Assembly: GCF_001194135.2 (NCBI RefSeq)
Contig: NC_068981.1
Location: 32,840,914 to 32,904,913, forward strand
Length of the DNA stretch: 64,000 nucleotides
Reading direction: 5' to 3'
From: Octopus bimaculoides
Taxonomy: Eukaryota
In this document: in pieces, positions 26,790 through 40,395 of the stretch
Position numbering within the stretch: position 1 is the first letter of the stretch
Layout of the letters: every line of letters begins with the position of its first letter
Program-made: the position numbers and the translations under genes
The notes under the pieces: generated by a model
Seen by the model: the letters and a program-made list of their open reading frames with translations, nothing else
What the model was told of the DNA's origin: nothing
The model's database searches: none

Positions 26790-28260
26790 ACTGATGATTT
26801 ATTATCACTGGTCGAATGTCACTGATGACTTTAAAATATTGGCGTAAAAAATTGTACGAATTCTCTTCATCCCTCTTTTGTCCATCACCGTAGTCCCGTT
26901 TATATTCTTGAGCGCGATCACTTCCAATTTAAGTAGTACCATCTCACTCCCGCATCTCTTTCTAAATTTATTGAACGCTCTTTTCAAATGTTGTCTTATC
27001 GTCTTGCAGAGAACGGAATACTCGAGATGATCTTTAATATTCCTCCACGTAGTTTTTCATTTCCTTAGTATTTTCCCTGTTTCCTTCGCATTCTTTTTGT
27101 TTGGCTCTTGTAGATTTCCACGTGCAGCTTTTCCTTATTTGGCCATTATCATCATCAATTTCTTCAAATATATTCCAGGTTCCTTTCCTCGATAGCATCT
27201 TTCAACTACATAACATTGAAGATATTGATGTGTTCGTTCTTCATCGAGGTGTGCAATGCCTTTCTCTCTCTCATTTCGTCGATGACGATCTTCGCCTGTA
27301 GCAAACAATAATTACTGCCATTGCTGAATGGTGCCATTTTCCGACAAGGATGTTATCAATCTCATTTCAGTGACGAGCGTTTGGGGTTATCCAGGTCCAT
27401 CTTTTTTCAGATCTTTTTCCTGGATAGTCTCTTCTCAATTTAAAGTCTTTTCGCCTCTGCCATGGTGACTAAACGTACTTATTTTCATTTCTCTCTCTCA
27501 AATCTAAATATTCCAACATGTTTCTCGCTCAGTCGTTCCTTTCCGACCTTCGCGTTGAAATTTCCCATCTCAACAGCGTAAGTGGATTTTTGAGTTAGCG
27601 TTTTTACCAGGTCTTCGAAGAATTTCTCCATTTCATTGTCCTCACTGCTACATGCGGGAGCATATATTTCGATAATCTTGAGTAAGGCATTCCCTGAGAG
27701 ACGAATTTTTAGCACCCCGATACATAAAGACAAATTGCAGGAAACAATTTTCGAAGTTCATTCTTAATTTACAATGGAACTTGTGCTTCCTCTTGCTCTC
27801 GCACCCTCTGTTTTTCCTAGTCTAACAACTCTTCTGTCCTTCCATCTTGAACTTAATTCTTCCCTTTCGATGCGTTTCGTAGAGACCTAGCACGTAATAT
27901 TTTATCTTAAATTTCTCCTCTATTAAATTAATCATACTGGTTTTCTTTCCTAATGACCTGCAGTTGTAGAGTGTATATAGCAAGGTTTGTTATCAGACTT
28001 CTTAGCGATCTAGAGATACCTGTGATTCACCGTGGATCCATTGTGCAGAGCGTTTCGACTGATGTGCAAAGAACAGGGACCCATGTCTTTGCATTAATTT
28101 AGCTTTGTATGACGCCACCCCGCTGGTTGGATGGAAAGGCTGTAGTTACGTCCCCAGTTTAGCTCACTTCCGACCTTTAGCGATTCAGCTCTGTGCTCGC
28201 TTCTGCGAGACTGTCTTTCCGTAAAGTCTGTAGACAAGTACCTACATAGTTTAGTTGGAC
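26790..28260 (-). mobile_element. RTE-type LINE, 5' part only (5' UTR, APE endonuclease, linker)
   Basis: TLYNCRSL, LGLYETHRKGE, KIIEIYAPACSSEDNEMEKFFEDL...MGNFNAKVG (APE motifs), then linker KRAFNKFRK...RTIFYANI. No RT domain downstream. Confidence 0.88.
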
Positions 28261-29821
28261 TTAGCAGGAAATGCGCCCAGCCACCATAACTTTCAGCGAG
28301 CAGTTAGCTCTACAGCACCACGATGAGTTACTGAAGACTGACCGACTGACTATTCTATGGAAGCAAGACCAGATATGATTATAGAGGACAAAAAACATAC
28401 AGAATACTATCATAAATTTTGCGATACCATATGACAATAAAATGGACACCGAAGAAAGTGAGAAAACTGGGATATCAGGACATAAACAGAGGCATGAAGG
28501 GATTGTGGAAGACTAAGATGACTATTACGTGTGTGTGCATGTGTGTGTGTGTGTGTGATCTTAGTCTGCATGATTTTTGGTCCTCTGTAACCATACCTGG
28601 TCTATATATAAATCGCCAGTAGTTCATATATTCGAAAGAGAAGCACACTCTAAATCATTAGACCAGTAATACATCTTTTAACTTCCTAAAAATATGTATA
28701 TACGACGGGCTTCTTTCAGTTTCTGTCTGCCAAATTCACTCACAGGGCTTTGGTCAGCCCGAGGCTATAGCAGAAGACACTTGCCGAAGGTGGCACGCAG
28801 TGGGACTGAATCCGGAAGCGATTTTTTTCCCGACGAGAGTTCCGGACCCCAGTTATGAACTCATTAGCATACAGCCAATCAGAACTCAACTATCGAACGA
28901 ATTTATGAACGCATAAGTGATGGGGGATGAGATAAGGTCACTTGGGTAAGGAATGACCATGCTTCTTTTCTCATTTAATAATGCTTGTTGTTCTTGTTTC
29001 AACCGTGTCTGCCTCTGCGTGGTTATTTGTGTTGTTGTTTACTTTCTAAAACAGTAAGAGGCCCTAACAAAATCCGATAATAGGTATAGATGCAAATCTA
29101 TCTAATTACTTGTCTCCTTCCAAATTCAGGCATAATCTGGCGATCGATCGACTTACAACACCGTTCTTCGTCTTGAGTTTATTTGGTAGAGTGTGTTTGT
29201 TAGCTTGACAACTAGGTCAAGGTGAGCCCTAATTGACTGTATGCAAATGAGTTCATTACTGGGGTCTAGAACACTCGTGGGAAAAAAATTTTGCAACGAG
29301 GAAACTATGTGGCTGGGAAGTAAACTTCTTACCACACAGCTACGCTTGCGCCTATGCTACGCCTGCGCCTGTTTTGTTTATCGTTCATTTATCTTATTTG
29401 CTTATAAGTTAAACAGAGTCCGCAGAAACTGGTTGTGGTTTGAATCGGCAAAAATGATACAGTAAAATTTGTTGTGTTTGCATCAACTGAAATACCATAG
29501 AGAGACAATGATAAGAAATGTCATCTCCAAACGTCAATATTCTCTTCAGCCCACGGCATACAAACTTATCCAAACTTTTCGACTTCATTATTCGTTTACA
29601 TTAAAAGTATACAGTTGCTATTTTACTTCTGTAGTCTCAGACCGTCTCTCTTAGCGCAGACCTGGCAAAAGATGTTCCAGCCGTGGCTATCTTGTATATT
29701 TTGGGGTTTTCTGTTTCTTTGTTTTTTGGGGTTTTTTCTTTCAGACATCGTTGTATATTTAAGACTATATTATTTAATGGAGGTGGAGGAGGAGAAACAG
29801 GGGGAGCAAGAAGGGGAACAG

Positions 29822-30280
29822 GAGGAGACGGTGATGATAACGATGATGACGCCATTGATGATGATGATGATGATGATGACGACGACGACGACAATGACGA
29901 AGGCGACGACAACGATGACAACAGCCACTAGCATGACAACGACGACGCTGCCGATGATGAAGACGACGACGACGATGACGACGACGACGACGATGATGAT
30001 GATGATGGTGGTGATGATGGTGATGATGATGATGATGATGATGGTGATGATGATGGTGATGATGATGACGACGACGACGACGACGACGACGAAGGCGGCG
30101 ACAACGATGACAACAGCCACAAAGCATGACAACGACGATGCAGCTGCTGCTGATGACGACGACGACGATGATGATGATGATGATGATGATGATGAGGATG
30201 ATGATGATGATGATGATAATGATGATGGTGATGATGATGGTGATGATGACGATGATGATGAGGATGATGATGATGAACCC
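29822..30280. repeat. Compound (GAT/GAC/GGT)n trinucleotide tract with an internal duplication
   Basis: gacgaaggcg.cgacaacgatgacaacagccac.agcatgacaacgacga occurs at about 29896 and 30088, roughly 190 bp apart. Confidence 0.93.
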
Positions 30281-31300
30281 TGAAAGGATAATTTGTGAAA
30301 TATCATCCCACTGCTAATCTGTACAAGTCGTTACAACGATTAGTTGTCCGAGAAATGCAGATGACTTCGAGACACATTCTGACATGTAACAGAAACACAG
30401 ACTAAATCTTGTCTTGTCTTCTATCGCACAGATTCAAAGTAGTCTATTTCACCCATTTAAAAGGACATTTCCTTCAACGACTCAAAGACAGCATAATTAA
30501 CAGGCATCCGCAGACCCAGACACACACACACTTACACTTATACACACTCACACGTAAACACATATACATACACACACTAATATAAGACACGGTAGTTTTG
30601 CCGTTTTTAAAGAAAATAACGATGACTTGCATATTCAATAACACGTTCCGGTAGATTTGAACAAGAATATGCTAATCGCTGTTCTAGTTCGTCACAAGTG
30701 AACAACTTCTTTGCGACAAATATATGTTCATAATACACTTGATTCATTAGCACAAGATTTTTGGGAACACCCAACCCAGCGTTTCGACATCGGTGGGTCT
30801 CGTCCGTCAAAGAATATCCCGGACTAATGATTCTAAAGAAACTGAGCTCATGTTAATAATTTCAGTGAACAATCTGTTTGCTGATCCGTGCTGATATCTG
30901 TCAACCGATAATATATTGTTATGTGTTAGGAACAATTATCCGTCGTAAAGGAAAAGTTATTCTTCTGTAACTTATTTACATTCGAGTTTACCTTAGTTTA
31001 TTAACAATAAACAGACAAACCACCATTTTGATACTTGCTGTTGACCGTGCAAATAACAATTTATTACCGAAAGAACATGTCTCCCAGAAGCAGAGACTAC
31101 GAAAACATCTAAGACAAATTCGATATTTCAGAATTGCAGCAAAATCGATTTTAATTATAGACAAAGAATATTTGAGGAGTTTTTCCAAGAACTCCTAGCA
31201 GGAAAAATAATAATTAACCAAAATTTCTGAAAAATACATTTTTTTGTGAATATAAATAAGTTTGATAAATGAAACCAATACATACATATATTCACATATT

Positions 31301-31345
<45 letters not shown>

Positions 31346-32876
31346 GTNNNNNNNNNNNNNNNNNNNNNNNNNNNNNNNNNNNNNNNNNNNNNNNNNNNNN
31401 NNNNNNNNNNNNNNNNNNNNNNNNNNNNNNNNNNNNNNNNNNNNNNNNNNNNNNNNNNNNNNNNNNNNNNNNNNNNNNNNNNNNNNNNNNNNNNNNNNNN
31501 NNNNNNNNNNNNNNNNNNNNNNNNNNNNNNNNNNNNNNNNNNNNNNNNNNNNNNNNNNNNNNNNNNNNNNNNNNNNNNNNNNNNNNNNNNNNNNNNNNNN
31601 NNNNNNNNNNNNNNNNNNNNNNNNNNNNNNNNNNNNNNNNNNNNNNNNNNNNNNNNNNNNNNNNNNNNNNNNNNNNNNNNNNNNNNNNNNNNNNNNNNNN
31701 NNNNNNNNNNNNNNNNNNNNNNNNNNNNNNNNNNNNNNNNNNNNNNNNNNNNNNNNNNNNNNNNNNNNNNNNNNNNNNNNNNNNNNNNNNNNNNNNNNNN
31801 NNNNNNNNNNNNNNNNNNNNNNNNNNNNNNNNNNNNNNNNNNNNNNNNNNNNNNNNNNNNNNNNNNNNNNNNNNNNNNNNNNNNNNNNNNNNNNNNNNNN
31901 NNNNNNNNNNNNNNNNNNNNNNNNNNNNNNNNNNNNNNNNNNNNNNNNNNNNNNNNNNNNNNNNNNNNNNNNNNNNNNNNNNNNNNNNNNNNNNNNNNNN
32001 NNNNNNNNNNNNNNNNNNNNNNNNNNNNNNNNNNNNNNNNNNNNNNNNNNNNNNNNNNNNNNNNNNNNNNNNNNNNNNNNNNNNNNNNNNNNNNNNNNNN
32101 NNNNNNNNNNNNNNNNNNNNNNNNNNNNNNNNNNNNNNNNNNNNNNNNNNNNNNNNNNNNNNNNNNNNNNNNNNNNNNNNNNNNNNNNNNNNNNNNNNNN
32201 NNNNNNNNNNNNNNNNNNNNNNNNNNNNNNNNNNNNNNNNNNNNNNNNNNNNNNNNNNNNNNNNNNNNNNNNNNNNNNNNNNNNNNNNNNNNNNNACACA
32301 CACACACACACATCTATACGATGGGTTTCTTTCAGGTGAATTTTTTTTGTTTATTTAGTCTTTATTTATTTTTGCGTGTGTGTGTGTGTGTGTGTGTGTG
32401 CTTTTCTTTTTCCTTATTCTTTTTTAATTCTTGCTTACGAAGTAACACATTTCCGTTTCTTTTGGGTTAAATCTTGAAATATCTCAAAGTCGGAAAAGTA
32501 AATTGTTTCAATATCCTCTATTTACATATTTATCAATATCAAGCGTCTTCTCTACATACACAGTTCAAATTTCTTATATTCGTGGCTCCTACTTCAGTAA
32601 TATTGATCTAGTAATGTCATATCTTGAAATTAAAAGCTCAAGAATTCTACAAGTCCCTGCTAGTAACATTTCAACAAACACAATTAAAAGATAAGCAGTT
32701 GAAATTATTCACCAACATACAAAATTACTTCTTTAACTTAGATCAGATTTTACCAATCTTTTTTTCATATATTTTGTTCGTCAACCGTCCGATGACTATC
32801 GATTTTCAGCATTGGCACAAAGCCCTATTTCGAAAGAACAGAACAATCTGTTTAATCGACACAAGTACTTGGCTGG

Positions 32877-33257
32877 CCGTGGAGGCGCAATGGCCCAGTG
32901 GTTAGGGCAGCGGACTCGCGGTCTTAGGATCGCGGTTTCGATTCCCAGACCGGGCGTTGTGAGTGTTTATTGAGCGAAAACACCTAAAGCTCCACGAGGC
33001 TCCGGCAGGGGATGGTGGCGAACCCTGCTGTACTCTTTCACCACAACTTTCTCTCACTCTTACATCCTGTTTCTGTTGTGCCTGTAATTCAAAGGGTCAG
33101 CCTTGTCACACTGTGTCATGCTGAATATCCCCAAGAACTACGTTAAGGGTACACGTGTCTGTGGAGTGCTCAGCCACTTGCATGTTAATTTCACGAGCAG
33201 GCTGTTCCGTTGATCGGATCAACTGGAACCCTCGACGTCGTAAGCGATGGAGTGCCA
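32877..33257 (+). mobile_element. SINE family B (tRNA-like head), full length with 10-bp target-site duplication
   Basis: A box tggcccagtggttagg and B box ggtttcgattcc; acttggctgg repeated at 32867-32876 and 33258-33267. Older copies at about 2198-2450 and 40686-40835. Confidence 0.92.
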
Positions 33258-36200
33258 ACTTGGCTGGTAACTATTTTATCGAACCTGGAAGGATGAAAAA
33301 TGAACGAACTAGACTCCGATAGGATTTGAACTTAGAACGTAAAGTGACTAAATACTACAAACCATTCTGGCAACCACTGTTTTGGGTTGTTTTTTTTCTT
33401 CTTTTTTCCCCCTTTTTTACTAATTTGTCTTGCATTTTGGTTGATGATCATGGTTCCAGCTCATATAAACTGACAGTACTTCTTAAAGAGAACATCAGCC
33501 AAGAAGGAAGCAGCTGCGCAGCGACCGAAGAATCGCAAATGTTCCCACCTACATTGTACATTCAGTGTGTCCTCACGATTGGGGAAACTACGGAAATGGT
33601 GATACTTCATTGTCACAAACGTCAACCACCATGAAATGTATATTGTTCGTGATTCAAAAAAGTTCGAGTTTTTTTGTTTTTGTTTATTTTATCAGTGCTG
33701 AACTTGGATTATAGTCAACGAGGGTTGAGTCGGATGAACAATGTCACACTCTCGTCCTGAACGAATACCAAGCTTTGCTGAGACTGGCAGTAAAAAGACA
33801 ATGCAATGGGACGGTCAGAGCAAACTCCGAGTTTCACCGTACCTTGAGGTACGCGTCTCGCAGTGACGTTACTGGATATAGTCTTTCTGTCAGTTGACAC
33901 TCCACCACTAATGGTCGGATTTCCTCCGCACAGACTTCATATGAATAAAGTGACAAACAAGCCTAAAGTATTTCATTATGGGTTTAAAACTTGTTTGCTA
34001 CTCTCAACCCGATTTTAATCGGCCTACACTCCCATAGCTTAAGAGATGACAAACAACGGTATACAGTTTGTGATACTACAGGTTTAGAGCTGGGTGCTAA
34101 ATGAGCTGTTCTGAAAAGGAATGGATATGATTTCTACCAAAGATATTGTAACCCCTTTATATCACGTACCTCCAATTTTAAATAAGCATCCCGTGACTAT
34201 ATACACTAACGCAAGGTCATACACTCGTAAAAAGTTATTGTTACTTCAATCGACCACATTACATAACTGGTACTTAATTAATCGAACTAGCTTGCACGGA
34301 AGAGTTCAAACCCAAAATATAATATGATGAAACTAAATACAATATGACATTTAGTTCGGCGCGCTACCACTCAGCAAATTCATTAACTTGTGCCATAAAT
34401 CCCAAAATAGAAGTACATCAAGTCTTTATGTGGTCGCCCGAACTGCTAGATATAGTTGCAAAATTTCCCTCGAACGATACCATAGCAGCCTGAAAAGGGA
34501 AAAATACGATGAATGGTACGATCCTAGATATGCAATGCTTAAAAGAAGGATGGGATTGATATGTTTAAAATGTTGAGGGCTTTCTCAATCAGGACCAGCC
34601 CAAGATTAAATAACAACATCGGGCATCACACAATCAGTTAAAGGGTCAAGGTCCGTATTCCATGATTGATGCTGCGCTTTATCAATAGCTCAAGCAATAG
34701 GTCCCTGGCTCACTTCACGTACCGAAGATAATACCACTAACCTCATTTTATCACGAGAGTTTGGTTCCAAAGAGAAATAGAACCAAAAACACCGTGTTTA
34801 ATAAATCAATGACCCCAAGTTGTCCTCCTAACTTACCCAAATAAACACCTCCAAATAGTTTTTTGAACACACATAATGATATTGTTTCGTGTTTGCAAAA
34901 ATATTTTGAATAAAATTTAATAACGTATGATCAGTAAATAAAAGAAAAACTGAAAAATACCATAACCTACAGAATCTTTGACTGAATACTAACCCGTGTT
35001 ATTACAGATCAATTCATGATAAGTGTAACATGATTCACTATTGAGTGTACCGTGTTATACCAGATCAGTAATGAATTAATGAATAGTGATAAATGTAGAT
35101 GTACCAATTACGTACACACTGACAGCTCTAAAGGGAGAGAACACTATAGAATTAATGAGATTTCGTTGGCTCAAATGAAACCGGGAGACAAGTCAGTCCA
35201 GTATATTGTTACATACAAAATCACGTACACGTTTCAACTCGAGGGTTAACAGATGTCTAATACATGATGGCTGACCTTCCCTACCCTATCATCATAGTAA
35301 TTTTCATATCAACAATATTGTTGTTAAATAACGCCACCACACTTACAAATTCATCCATGGCCTAATCATTTCGTTTACGTATTCTTTCCAGCTTCATGCA
35401 CACGTTTTATTTTATTAATTTTCCAACAGACCAAAGTTTCCTTCTCGAACTGCTGCTGTCCTCTCGGGGTATATTCTACGCCTATCAAAATAGTTTTCAA
35501 AATGTTCGCTGATTGTAATTTTCACTTTAAGCTGTTTTCATATTAGCACAAGCTTGACCAATGAAAAAGCTATCGGTCGCAGGGCAAGGCCCGTACTTAG
35601 CTGGCAGAGATGGAAAGTATGTAAACTATAAGGTCAACAGCTAAACCACTAATTTACGATTAAGTCAACCGGAAACTCCTGTTACCGAATTTCTCAAAAT
35701 AAGCTGTTGATTTAATGATGGCCTCATAAGAATTCAATGGATTGTTATATAAAAGTAATTATATAAAAGTACAGACTTGTGCTAACTTTTTATACAACGT
35801 AGATACGTTAATAATGTACTGACTCATTATAAGATATAGTGGCTTGTTGAATAATTTGTGAGCTCGTTATACGGCACATGATGTGAAAGTGATTAATTAT
35901 TGATTATATAGGAATAGGTCCGTTGTTTTAATTTCGTGTCCGTCATTGTGAAGCAGGTTTTAAAAGATTACTTACTAGCCATGTAGCTACGAAAGTAAAC
36001 GTTCAAGCCCACAACGGAACCTATATGTGGTTGTCCATCTTGCTAAATATAACTGTCAAATCCTCGTCTTCTTACTTTCGCCACCCGTACAAAAAATGGT
36101 AGACTCCTGAATACCTCTAAAATGAAAAGACGTTTTTTTATACAGAAAATCCATTATAGTTGAATGACATCCTAGTTGAGGATGCTAGTTCAGAACGTAT

Positions 36201-37124
36201 TTAACGTGGAAAATATTGCATTACAGACACAGGTGTAGCTATGTGGATAACAAATTTACTTCACAACTTCGCAGTTATGGTTTCGATCCCATAGCACAGC
36301 ACCGTTGCTAGGTGTCTTATACCAGAGCTAGGTGTCTATCAAAGCCAAAGGTGCAGGCAAGACTGGCAACTTCAGTTTTGTTTCAGGCTACCTCTGTGCC
36401 ACACATTCGGAAAGCGCTTTCTACCAGAGAGCCAAGTCTATCAAAACCTTGTGGATGAAATTTATTCGACGGGAACGGTATGAAAATAAAAGACCACTCC
36501 ATTGTAAGCATTCAAAGACGGGTTCTACAGATAACTTCTCTCCGCTCATCGTGGATGCCCGGAAAGGTTCGAGGAAGCTGCGATTTCTCCTCTGAAGAAC
36601 CCATTAAAAGCAATCTTCCTTTGCACGTTTAGCAAGGTCACCACCAGCTAAACTTGTGCCTCAAATAGTTACCATCTATATTGTCCATCACTAGCAAGGT
36701 TAATGTAAATGGAAGTCAGTTTGCACTTCAGAGGTAACGATTAAGATAAGATTACTTGAATTGGTAATAGTGGGGAGGGGCGGAGATGCATTTAGTGACC
36801 TGAAGACACCTTCAGCAGCCCACAATTGTATAACAACCAAGCAAAGTACGAAGTCTCATCTAACGTGCTCATTCAACTTGATAAATTACACCATGCTACC
36901 TACAAAAACTTTAAAAGACCTTTTAGACAATCAAAGTTTGAATACCTTTAATTCTAAGTGTGCACGAGCAAAACCGACCTGGAGTTAACTTTAATCCAAA
37001 TCTTCACAACACACTGTGACTGGAGAACACTCACACAGAACGAGGTGGATGCATCGATTTTTCAAACATCTTCAAAAGTCTTTGAGAAGAACCGAGCATA
37101 TTTGTGCATACATGGAGAATGCAT

Positions 37125-37370
37125 CATCATCATTTAACGTCCGCTTTCCATGCTAGCATGGGTTGGACGATTTGACTGGGGACTGGCGAACCAGATGGCT
37201 ACACCAGGCTCCAATCTGATCTGGCAGAGTTTCTACAGCTGGATGCCCTTCCTAACGCCAACCACTCCGAGAGTGTAATGGGTGCTTTTTACGAGGGCCA
37301 GTCCGACAGTACTGGCAACGGCCACGCTCAAATGGTGTTTTTTACGTGCCACCTGCACAGGAGTCAGTCC
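37125..37370 (-). mobile_element. Family D retroposon end
   Basis: High similarity to 63566-63830. Confidence 0.85.
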
Positions 37371-37899
37371 ATGTTTATATAAAATTTGAACCCCTCTTAA
37401 GACCATGAGAGTATCATTCTAACAAAGCAACATTAGAAGTTAAATCTGCTACATCGTTTCATTTTTAGACAAGCTGATTGGATGTCACTAACAAATACAT
37501 ATTTCTGTTCAGTTGTAAACGTAAGATTTTGGCTTCAACTACAGTATATTTTAGACTAGCCTGCTTCACAGCAATAGAGCTCAGTCAAATCAACATCACC
37601 TTCAGAGTCAATGCAAGGGATGTGGCCTGCAGTACTCATCATCATCATTTAACACTAGTTTTCCATGCTGGCATGGGTTGGACAAGACTTGAACGGCAAC
37701 ACCAAGTTCCAGTCTGTTTTAGCTTGGTTTCTATGGCTGGATGCTCTTCCTAACATCAACCCCTTTACTGGGTGCTTTTTACATGCCACCATACTACATA
37801 TGAAAATGTACATCCTTAAGGAATTTCATTTTCTTTTACCACAAATGAATGGCATTCTATCCTATTTGTACTGCCTCATATATAAGATAGATATGATCA

Positions 37900-39690
37900 T
37901 CACATGGAGTAGCTTATGATGTGCTTCCATTAGCTATAAAATGTAATGACTATAGGCTTGTCACTGCTGTTTTTGTATCTGGTGGTGCAACAGAAAAGTT
38001 TCTGTACTCTCAACAATCACTTACTGGTGAACCAATCCATATAAATGAATATCTTGGTTATTACTCATTAGTCTTGTCTCATAAGAGGAATCAGATTATT
38101 AGCCCCTCACCTCCTCCCTTAAAACTGGATGTTGCAGTTATGAAAGTTTGGGATTTTGTTACAAAAGCAAGTGGAGTGATCAGGAAAATGATGCTTCCAT
38201 CACCCAAGCCAAAGAATTTTATGCATCAAGTTGAGACATGATATTTAAGTTATCCACAGTAATTTCAAAATTCAGTCATGAACCCTGTTCACATACAGTC
38301 TTTTGAATGCAAGATCTCAAACTGTATAGATTATCAACAATGTAATACACAACCATGCTTTTATGATACTTTAACAAGGCATATTTATAAAATACACCAA
38401 TTATCTCCAAGCATAAAATTGACAACTTACATAACATAGTTTAAAATGCATTGAGACAGAAAAGAAAGATGGGATAGACATAGCTGGAATGTACTTGATC
38501 ATAGGATTATTCAGTCAGAGCCAATTAGGTTCATATAAGAGAGAAAGGTGGAGGTTATTTTAATGGCTGACTACTCAGAGATACATGGCATATGTTATAA
38601 ATATGCCAAGTATCATAAAAGCATGAAACTATGAGGAGCTCTTTCAGTTGTGTATTAAATTGATACATAAATAGGTTACAGTTAGTACAAAGTTCAAGCA
38701 CCATTCACATGTTAAGATGCCTTTGGAATAACATTGCTTTTGTTACAAGCTTATTACTGACCAGTGTAAAATCCAACAAACTATTATTATTTACATAATT
38801 ATTGTGGATTGCAAAGTCACCCAATATTAAGTTTGTATGACTCCTTCCAGTTCATTAATCTAACATTAAATTCGCCAGTAACTGATATGTCGTTTTGTTA
38901 TAATTAATTGCTGAAATAGAATCTTAGTCATTGATCATTCAGTCTGTAATTAGAAGCTTGGTATTCAAGTAGTTTCCCATTGTCGGCACCTGGATCATAG
39001 GAAAGATTGAATTCAAGGTAATGAAATTAACAATAGTATATTCTCGATCTTTGCAGTGGTGGATACTTATTAATAGCCATGTGGATAGTGTCGGTAAATG
39101 ATATCTCAACTATAAACTCTGATTACAGACCACCCCATTCCATGCAGAGTAATCTAGCACAATATTTAGTACAAGAGGGAATTCAAACTTTGTTGTCTAC
39201 TTGGACAGGGTACATAACTCTTGTTAGACATGTTCCATTCTTACTTTGCAGTTGAGTAATAAACTATTATAAATATCCTCCATTTTTCTGTCTTATCTAA
39301 ACCTAAGAGGCTCTGAGGAAGCTTGTGCGATTTAAGAGAGATTTGACTGTTATTTCCAGCAAATCTAGCTATCTCTGGAGTCTTCCTGTGGCTTCCATCT
39401 GTAAAAACTATAGTACTAACAATAAGCAAATGTTTTAAGTTTCAACCATCTTGTTATTAGCTGTATATAAAGCTTTATTTTTCAAGATAGAAACCTTTCA
39501 TAATTAACCAGCACTTTGATGCATGATAAATAGACAATCATTCTATTCCACAAGATATTCATCAAAAAGAAAATCAGATCTCTTACCTCCAGGAGGTAGG
39601 AGGATGCAGTTATCATCATATAAGAAATTTTCACATAAGAATGATAGAATTAAAAGTAACCCAGATATTAGCCTTTTAGTCAAGCACATC
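37900..39690 (-). mobile_element. Possible heavily decayed APE-RT LINE (L2/CR1-like)
   Basis: Collinear weak motifs: FLCENFLYDD (cf. LCETFL), IIVYY, ISVTGEFNVRL (cf. GDFN), NSLLDFTLVSN (cf. LDL), SSFKGGG (cf. PIFKGG). Many stops; spacing partly too long. Confidence 0.35.
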
Positions 39691-40077
39691 TAATGTTTAC
39701 CACCACTACCACTGCAAACTTCCTAATATAGGAACATGCATGGCTGAATGATTAAGACGTTCACTTCCCACCCACATGGGTTTAAATTCAATTCTACAGT
39801 GTCACACCTTGGACAAGCTATTTTCTACTATGATTCCAGGTCAACCAAAGCCTTTTGTATGTTGTATTTAGTAGAAACTGAAAGCAGCTTGTGTGTGTGT
39901 GCATGTGTAACTTAATCCAGACACATTTTTTCCACTCTCCTTATTTCTTTCTGTAGAAGAGTGAAGGCTTGAAACATCACTCATTTTCCCTCAGCGCCAA
40001 ACTAATATACTTTGTTTGCTGTTACCTTACCTGTCTCTCGCACAATTTTGAACTACACACATACACACATTATTTTA

Positions 40078-40265
40078 ATAAAGGTCACAATACATGTATT
40101 AAAGAGCTACTAATAGTTTCATATGTTGAGAAAATTCAAACATATTCTTCAGGTGCAAACCACGTATCATAACAAACTAAAGAAATTGAATAATAGAATA
40201 CGTTTGAGTTTTCTCAACATATGAAACTATTAGTAGCGTTTTAATACATGTATTGTGACCTTTAT
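40078..40265. repeat. Inverted repeat: 71-bp arms, 46-nt spacer
   Basis: 40078-40148 pairs with 40195-40265 with about 4 mismatches. Confidence 0.93.
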
Positions 40266-40323
40266 ATAAATATTTATCTCTCACCAGATGGAGTACTTTT
40301 TTTGTTGAATTTTCTATCATGGA

Positions 40324-40395
<72 letters not shown>

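Noticed and set aside
29615-30317. 222-aa and overlapping homopolymer ORFs
   Set aside because: Trinucleotide repeat open in most frames on both strands; no domain or splice support.
32877-32955. tRNA-like sequence with A and B boxes
   Set aside because: No convincing acceptor or anticodon stem, and it continues into a 300-bp SINE body with a TSD; it is a SINE head, not a tRNA gene.
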